Part shown: positions 8,566 to 13,914 of the stretch, piece after piece
How positions within the stretch are numbered: position 1 is the stretch's first letter
How the letters are laid out: each line of letters begins with the position of its first letter
Assembly (NCBI RefSeq): GCF_006345805.1
Contig: NW_021826044.1
Span: 1 to 13,914 of the forward strand
Origin: Octopus sinensis
Taxonomy: Eukaryota
DNA length: 13,914 nucleotides
Direction: 5' to 3'
The notes under the pieces: model-generated
Told to the model about the DNA's origin: nothing
Seen by the model: only the letters and a program-made list of their open reading frames with translations
Database searches by the model: none
Program-made: the position numbers and the translations under genes

Positions 8566-9043
8566 AAAGAATACATACACAAATACACGTTACATTCGTG
8601 CTCGCATATTTAACACATATTTAATACATCGAACATTAAACTAAAGCCCAAACTAGAAATATATATACGTGAGCGCTGTGCAGAAAAGAAACCGATATTA
8701 AGCAGTTGAATGGCCAGATAATATTTTTCATTTTTCTGGCAAGTTTCAGGAGACAATAATACGACGAAATATTGAAACAAAGTCCAAGAACCTAGACTTT
8801 GTGTTTTCTCACCCTCCATTATCTTCACTAACAATTTACTACAAGCTTTTGTGGTTGTTGTTGCTGTTATTTTTGTTGTTATTGTCTTGTTTCTTTGCCT
8901 TTCTTTTACATTTTCTTTATTCGTTTTTTTTTCTTCCTTCTTCTTCTTCTTCGAAAATCTGAAATATGATACTTCGACGTTGTTAAACAGTAGACAATGA
9001 GAGCTAAAGAACACGGATGTTGTTTTGAGGACGTTATTGTGTC

Positions 9044-9051
9044 GTTTTGTC

Positions 9052-9084
<33 letters not shown>

Positions 9085-9852
9085 GTCGCTTTTGCTGTTT
9101 TCATCTTTTTTTTCTTTTGTGGTTGGTTGCTTTGTTGATGTTGTTAATATTGCTGTATACGTCCTCTTGTGGTTACTACGGTTATTGTTTTAGTAAATAT
9201 GTTTGCTGGTGGCGATGGTGGTGGTGGTGGTGGTGGTGGTGGTGGTGGTGGTTGTAGTGTTGGTGGTTGTGGTGGTAGTGATGGTAGTAATGGTGGTGGT
9301 GGTTGTGATGGTTGTGTTGGTGGTTGTAGTTGTGGTGGTGATGGTAGAGAAGGTGATGTGGTGGTGGTGGTGGTTGTAGTGTTGGTGGTGGTGGTGGTGG
9401 TGTGATGGTAGTAATTGTGGTGATGGTGGTGGTGGTGGTGGTGGTGGTGGTGGTGGTTGGTGGTGGTGGTGGTAGAGAAGGTGATGTGATAATGGAGGTG
9501 GTGGCTTTGGTGGTAGTGGTGGTGGTGATGGTGGTGGTTTTGGTGGTAATGATGGTGGTAGAGATGGTGATGGTGGTAATGGTGGTGGTGTTGGTGGTGG
9601 TAGTGATGGTGGTGATTGTGGTGGTAGTTGGGGTGGTGCTGATGGTAGTGGTGCTGGTAGCGGCAGCGGTGACGACGGCGGTGACTCGGTGGCAGCGGCA
9701 GTGATGGTGATTGTGGTGGTGGTGGTGGTGCTAGTAGTGGTGGTATTGGTGGTGGTAATGGCGTTTTCATTGTCGGTTTTTTGTTATTGTCGTCATCGTC
9801 GTCATCGTCATCGTCGTCATCGTCATCGTCATCATCGTCATCGTCGTCGTCG
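9044..9852. repeat. Graded trinucleotide low-complexity tract (GTT)n, (GGT)n, (CGT/CAT)n
   Basis: GTT repeats at about 9044-9090, GGT/GAT/AGT at about 9207-9758, CGTCAT at about 9790-9852. Confidence 0.95.
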
Positions 9853-10037
9853 ACTCATTTATGTTTCATAGCGGGATCAATGGACGAGACTTACTCTCAA
9901 TGGCGACACGATTGATCTACTTCCGGTGCCAGTGAAAAGCTGTTCCCAACGTCTAGACGTCTAAATAGATTACGTTCACAGTGTAACAACACCAACAACA
10001 ATAAAAACAATATGCCTCTGTCTCATATTGTGTGTTG

Positions 10038-10054
10038 TATGTATATATATATAG

Positions 10055-10096
<42 letters not shown>

Positions 10097-10256
10097 ATAT
10101 AATATATATAATATATATATAAATTTTCCATGCTGACGTTAAACATAGGATAATTCATTCACCTATTTATATATATTATATATATATATATATATTGTAC
10201 ATATATTATACATACATCCATATATATAATATATATATATATATTATATATATATA

Positions 10257-10295
<39 letters not shown>

Positions 10296-10300
10296 CATCC

Positions 10301-10332
<32 letters not shown>

Positions 10333-10585
10333 GTATGTATGTAGAGAATATATATATGTGTATATATATATATACACAAAACATGAATTCATGCATGTAT
10401 TAATGTTGCGCACACATATATTCATACATGTATATTTGTGTATGTGTACTCATATATATGTACATATGTATGTACATGTACGTATATATATGTGTGTGTG
10501 TGTGTTTATGTCTATAGATATGTGTCGATATGTCAATATATCTATATATCTATCTATATATACATACATATACGCATATATATGT
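10038..10585. repeat. (TA)n/(TATG)n compound microsatellite
   Basis: Long imperfect TA-rich tract with a short unique spacer at about 10121-10165. Confidence 0.93.
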
Positions 10586-11373
10586 GGTCCAGAGAACAAG
10601 GTGTCATCATTCCACTTTTTCCTTCTTTGTACGACCACACCTCGAATACTGCTGTCCCTTGTGGTCTCCCCATGCAAAACAAAGCATCTCGAAGATTGAA
10701 TCACCCCAGAGGCTACTCACTAAACGAATTGAAAGGCATGACTGATCACGATTACTGGGACCGCCTTAAAGCCCTGAAACTCTACTCTCTAGCGCCGCCG
10801 CGAGCGGTACATCATTTGCACGATGCGGAGAATATACCTATTTCTTTACTACCCTCAAGGGGCTAAACACAGAGAGGACAAACAAGGACAGACATAGGTA
10901 TTAAGTCGATTACATCTACCCCAGTGCGTAACTGGTACTTAATTTATCGACCGAATACACCGCCAGCATTCCCCCAAATGACCTGATCATTGGTTTTAAG
11001 GTTCATCCAAGGCTGAGACCACGGGCCATACGTCCCCTGCCCAATTCGGAATCACAGCTTATAGGTACACTGCGACATAAATTTCTTTTCCTCAACAGGC
11101 CCTGTCCTGTTTAACATTGTCCCAAAACTGATCAAAGAGGACATGGATCCCATTACCTTTAAACAGAGTCTGGACTGGACAAACTTCTACAACGAATACC
11201 AGATAAGCCACCCATACCCGCATACAACTCAACAAGAACTCACTACTTGAATGGATCATAATACCACAAAACCTAACTTTAAAAGGATTTAGATAATCCT
11301 ATCAGGTGGTGCTATTAAGTTAGACATGGCCTGGACCAATCTCTGGTCGAAACATATCTAAGTTTTATCTAAG

Positions 11374-11375
<2 letters not shown>
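10586..11375 (+). mobile_element. 5'-truncated CR1-type LINE fragment (C-terminus of reverse-transcriptase ORF2 plus 3' UTR), frameshifted
   Basis: Translation across frameshifts gives FVRPHLEYCCPLWSPH...KIESPQRLLTKRI.GMTDHDYWDRLKALKLYSL.RRRERY...GPVLFNIVP...FKQSLD...IPDKP, typical of the CR1 ORF2 C-terminus. 3' stem-loop GACCA-ATCTC-TGGTC and a TATCTAAGTT tandem tail. Confidence 0.92.
10839..10952 (-). mobile_element. 5'-truncated family A SINE inserted in the LINE
   Basis: Reverse complement matches about 3493-3593 (GGTCGATAAATTAAGTACCAGTTACGCACTGGGG...TTGTTTGTCC). TSD GAATATACC (10830-10838) / GAATACACC (10953-10961). Confidence 0.88.

Positions 11376-11376
<1 letters not shown>

Positions 11377-11441
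<65 letters not shown>
11377..11441. repeat. Pure (TA)n microsatellite
   Basis: About 32 uninterrupted AT units. Confidence 0.97.
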
Positions 11442-11445
<4 letters not shown>

Positions 11446-11959
11446 AAATCCTCGGGTATAGTCGCCCTTGAGTATAAAACGCAGGGGATTTTTAAGGGGC
11501 TGTACTACTGAAAAACCTAAACCGTGTGTATAATACGCACCCCTTCTCTAACTTGAGTCAAGGAGGTCTATATAACGCCCTTGGTTTGTAAAACTGTGTA
11601 CGTTAACGTCCTTTATTATTATTGTATATATAACATAATGCAAACGTGTAACTTTTTTGTGCATTTTGTTTGCAGAAAATAAAGAAATAACAGTAATAAC
11701 GTTTAATAAATGTTGCTTCCTGCAAGTTATGGATGATTCTTTTATGACTTCATTGCTTTCAGGCTTAGCTTAAGGTATTTTCGCGCTCGACATCAAAAAA
11801 TGCGTCCGAATAAAAATTGACGGACAGCAGATAGAGACTCGGACATTGCTTAGAAAATATTTTTCATTTTTAACCTCGTATATAGTACCTTTAAATTCAA
11901 CCTCGTATGTTTGACCTTTAAATTTTAGGGGGAAAATGCGGATTATACTCAGGATATAC
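11442..11959. mobile_element. Tc2/pogo-like MITE inserted in a (TA)n tract
   Basis: Left end TA|CCTTAAATCCTCGGGTATAGTCGC; right end TGCGGATTATACTCAGGATATAC (degenerate TIR of the CCGTAAAT type). Subterminal repeats of GTATAA.ACGCA, with TA runs on both sides. Confidence 0.65.
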
Positions 11960-11994
11960 ATATATATATATATAATATATATATATATAATATA

Positions 11995-12025
<31 letters not shown>

Positions 12026-12026
12026 A

Positions 12027-12085
12027 GCGCAGGAGTGGCTGTGTGGAAAGTAGCCTGTTTACCAACCACAGTGTCTTCTGCTATA
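12027..12085 (+). mobile_element. Internally deleted head fragment of a family D SINE
   Basis: GCGCAGGAGTGGCTGTGTGGAAAGTAGCCTGTTTACCAACCACA is joined directly to GTGTCTTCTGCTATA. Compare the reverse complement of 8468-8565. Confidence 0.8.
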
Positions 12086-12097
12086 TATATATATATA

Positions 12098-12345
12098 AGT
12101 TATGGTTGTTATCACCTTAATGAGGTTGTTTCATACAGAACATTGTTACTACGCTTTTTAACCCCAGGAGGACACCTCCAGCTAGTTAACGACACACTAT
12201 CTGTGTCCGTTATATTGCAAACATGGGGCCGTACAACTCCCATCTAGCGGTGACAGAAACCAGTAGACTAGTTGCATTCTGGGCATGACCCTTCATCGAT
12301 ACTGGTTGTTTTAAGTTCCTTATATTCCGTTTGTCCACTGACTCA
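12098..12345 (-). mobile_element. Second short structured element with a hammerhead-like motif, ending at (TA)n
   Basis: Several hairpins (GGAGG-ACA-CCTCC, GACAC...GTGTC, ATGGG...CCCAT), a hammerhead-like motif at 12258-12307 and a 3'-end motif shared with 7501-7868. Confidence 0.5.
12258..12307 (-). ncRNA. Divergent or decayed type I hammerhead-like motif
   Basis: Minus-strand RNA: AACCAGUA, UCGAUGA, A-GGG-UCAUG-CCC-AGAAU, GCAA-C-UA-GUC, UACUGGUU. Perfect 8-bp stem I and palindromic ACUAGU stem III, but the core deviates at positions 3, 4 and 13. Confidence 0.55.
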
Positions 12346-12353
12346 TGTATATA

Positions 12354-13071
12354 CGCAGTTTGATCAATAAGTATCCGCGCTGTTGTCATAGTGACAAAGC
12401 TAAAGCACAGAGAGTGAAGCCGCTTGGTACAGATTGACCTTGGACTCTGCTGTGCATGCGCATTAAGTTTTAACGTTCTAGCTCACTTCCGCTATTTACA
12501 GCAGTGCTTGGAAGGAACGTGTGTAGCGTGTGATCGTCGCATTGACCATGACAGAGAAAGTTCTCATGGCGATACTTGCTCAGAGGCTTTCACAAAGTTG
12601 CAGGAAGTGTATGGAGAGGAGTGTATGAGCCGCACACAAGTGCACGTGTGTTTCAGAGGTTTCCAAGATGACAGAAAAAATGTCGATGTTAACGAATGTT
12701 CTGCTGCAACCAGCAGAACTGAGAAACACATCGCAGATGTGCGTACAGCTATGAAGGGAAATCGTCGTATCACCATCCCTGAGTGATCGGAGGGTGTGCA
12801 GGTAAGTTAAAGTTCAGTTCAGTGCAATAGCACTGAAGATTTGGGCGAGACGCGTGTCTACCATGTTTGTGCCAAAACTACTTTCAGTTGACCAAAAAGG
12901 CAATTGTGTCGAGAACGATGAAAAGTTTTTGAAAACTGTGCGTAAGCCCCTGAGCAGGTATCGCCAAGCTTTTAGTAAAATTTGATGCAAATTCTCTGCT
13001 CATCTTTCTGTCATTGTCAATGTGACGATCACTCGCTACACACGTTCCTGATAGTTATTGATCAGACCACG
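12354..13071 (+). mobile_element. Mariner-derived non-autonomous foldback element (718 bp)
   Basis: TA TSD (12352-12353 / 13072-13073). TIRs CGCAGTTTGATCAATAAGTATC and (reverse complement) CGTGGTCTGATCAATAACTATC, enclosing transposase remnants. Confidence 0.92.
12548..12935 (+). pseudogene. Mariner transposase N-terminal (HTH) remnant with stops, deletions and no catalytic domain
   Basis: MTEKV...GDTCSEAFTKLQEVYGEECMSRTQV...F..FQDDRKNVD...TSRTEKHIADVR...NRRITI.E...EDLG.RRV..FVPKLLS.DQK (WVPHEL-equivalent)...ENDEKFLK. It ends before the first catalytic Asp. Confidence 0.9.
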
Positions 13072-13234
13072 TATTAATGTTTAAGGCGTATCTCATACGA
13101 TTTCATATTTGACTACATTGTTACTCAGAATATAACACAAAAGTGATGTGTACTGACTCTGTAACGATTCGTAATGTCTTAACAGGCTCTAATATGGGAG
13201 TTATAAACTGTGAGATACTATTTACCTTGTCCTT

Positions 13235-13670
13235 AATATTTATTTCGAATTTTGGCAGAATTTTGGGATGGGGAATTTAGTCGACTACATCCACTAACTA
13301 CTTGACTGTGGAGGCACGTGGCTTAGTGGTTAGGGTGTTGGACTCATGATCGTAAGGTTGTGGTTTCGATTCCTGGACCGGGTGACACGTTGTGTTCTTC
13401 AGCAAAACACTTCATTTCACGTTGCTCCAGTCCACTCAGCTGGCAAAAATGAGTAATTCTGCGACGGACTAGCGTCCCATCCAGGTGGGGAATTCCTACG
13501 CCATTGAAACCGGGAAACCGGCCCTTATGAGTCTAGCATGGCTCGAGAAGGAACATTTATTTTATATTTTTTTAACTACTTGACTGAAATGAAAAGTTTA
13601 CTTCAGTGGCATTTAAAGTCAGAAAGAAATTCCGCTAAGCATTTTGTCCGGCACACTGACGATTCCTCCA
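13235..13670 (-). mobile_element. Old family A SINE split by a younger SINE
   Basis: With 13309-13586 removed, the reverse complement reads GAATCGTCAGTGTGCCGGACAAAATGCTTAGCGGAATTTC...GATGTAGTCGACT...TGCCAAAATTCGAAA, matching the family A head and tail. Confidence 0.7.
13309..13572 (+). mobile_element. Full-length CORE-like tRNA-derived SINE (family C variant)
   Basis: A-box TGGCTTAGTGG, B-box GGTTTCGATTCC, CORE-like domain and a TTTAT-type tail. Perfect 14-bp TSD TAACTACTTGACTG (13295-13308 / 13573-13586). Confidence 0.92.
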
Positions 13671-13914
13671 AGGTTAAAAAGCTAATAGCACAAGAAATAT
13701 TTTTTTTTGAAATACAGTTTATCAATAATAGTCTGTAGAGCTAAATCTGCGCACTATAGAATGTGACACGATAGGATTATGTTGGGTGTAATGCGGGAAA
13801 TTTAACGAAATATGGTATTATCTATATAACACGATATAATCTGTCTACGCTAACACGTTCGCTTTGTATTATACATGCATCATAACGTAGTTTTTTTCTG
13901 TTGCGCGTGTCTGC

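Noticed and set aside
9144-9871. Poly-His/Pro/Thr/Gly/Val ORFs up to 208 aa
   Set aside because: They are products of the (GGT)n tract, with no domain content or splice support.
11325-11355. GACCA-loop-TGGTC-GAAAC resembling the hammerhead 3' half
   Set aside because: There is no CUGANGA or U3-A8 equivalent upstream. It is better explained as the LINE 3'-terminal stem-loop.

Overview
This is AT-rich animal genomic DNA made almost entirely of repeats. The dense TA/TATG/GGT microsatellites and tRNA-derived SINE families point to a coleoid cephalopod, most likely Octopus (inferred from recalled families, not from a database search). No host protein-coding gene can be called with confidence, and nearly all supplied ORFs are translations of simple repeats or SINEs. 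The window holds about a dozen SINE copies or fragments from four families, several nested and many with visible target-site duplications. It also holds five non-autonomous DNA transposons (Tc1/mariner, two Merlin-like copies in inverted orientation, hAT-like, Tc2/pogo-like), a foldback mariner derivative and a CR1-type LINE 3' fragment. The most notable signal is on the minus strand at 7673-7714: a fully formable type I hammerhead ribozyme with the rare compensatory U3-A8 core (UUGAAAA instead of CUGANGA) and a palindromic minimal stem III. It sits in a long RNA rod next to a 31-bp perfect foldback. A second, sequence-unrelated element (about 12098-12345) carries a divergent hammerhead-like motif and shares the same 3' architecture (hairpin, GGYGATAAC, 10 nt, (TA)n). 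Together they suggest a (TA)n-targeting, ribozyme-bearing Penelope-like or retrozyme-like system.
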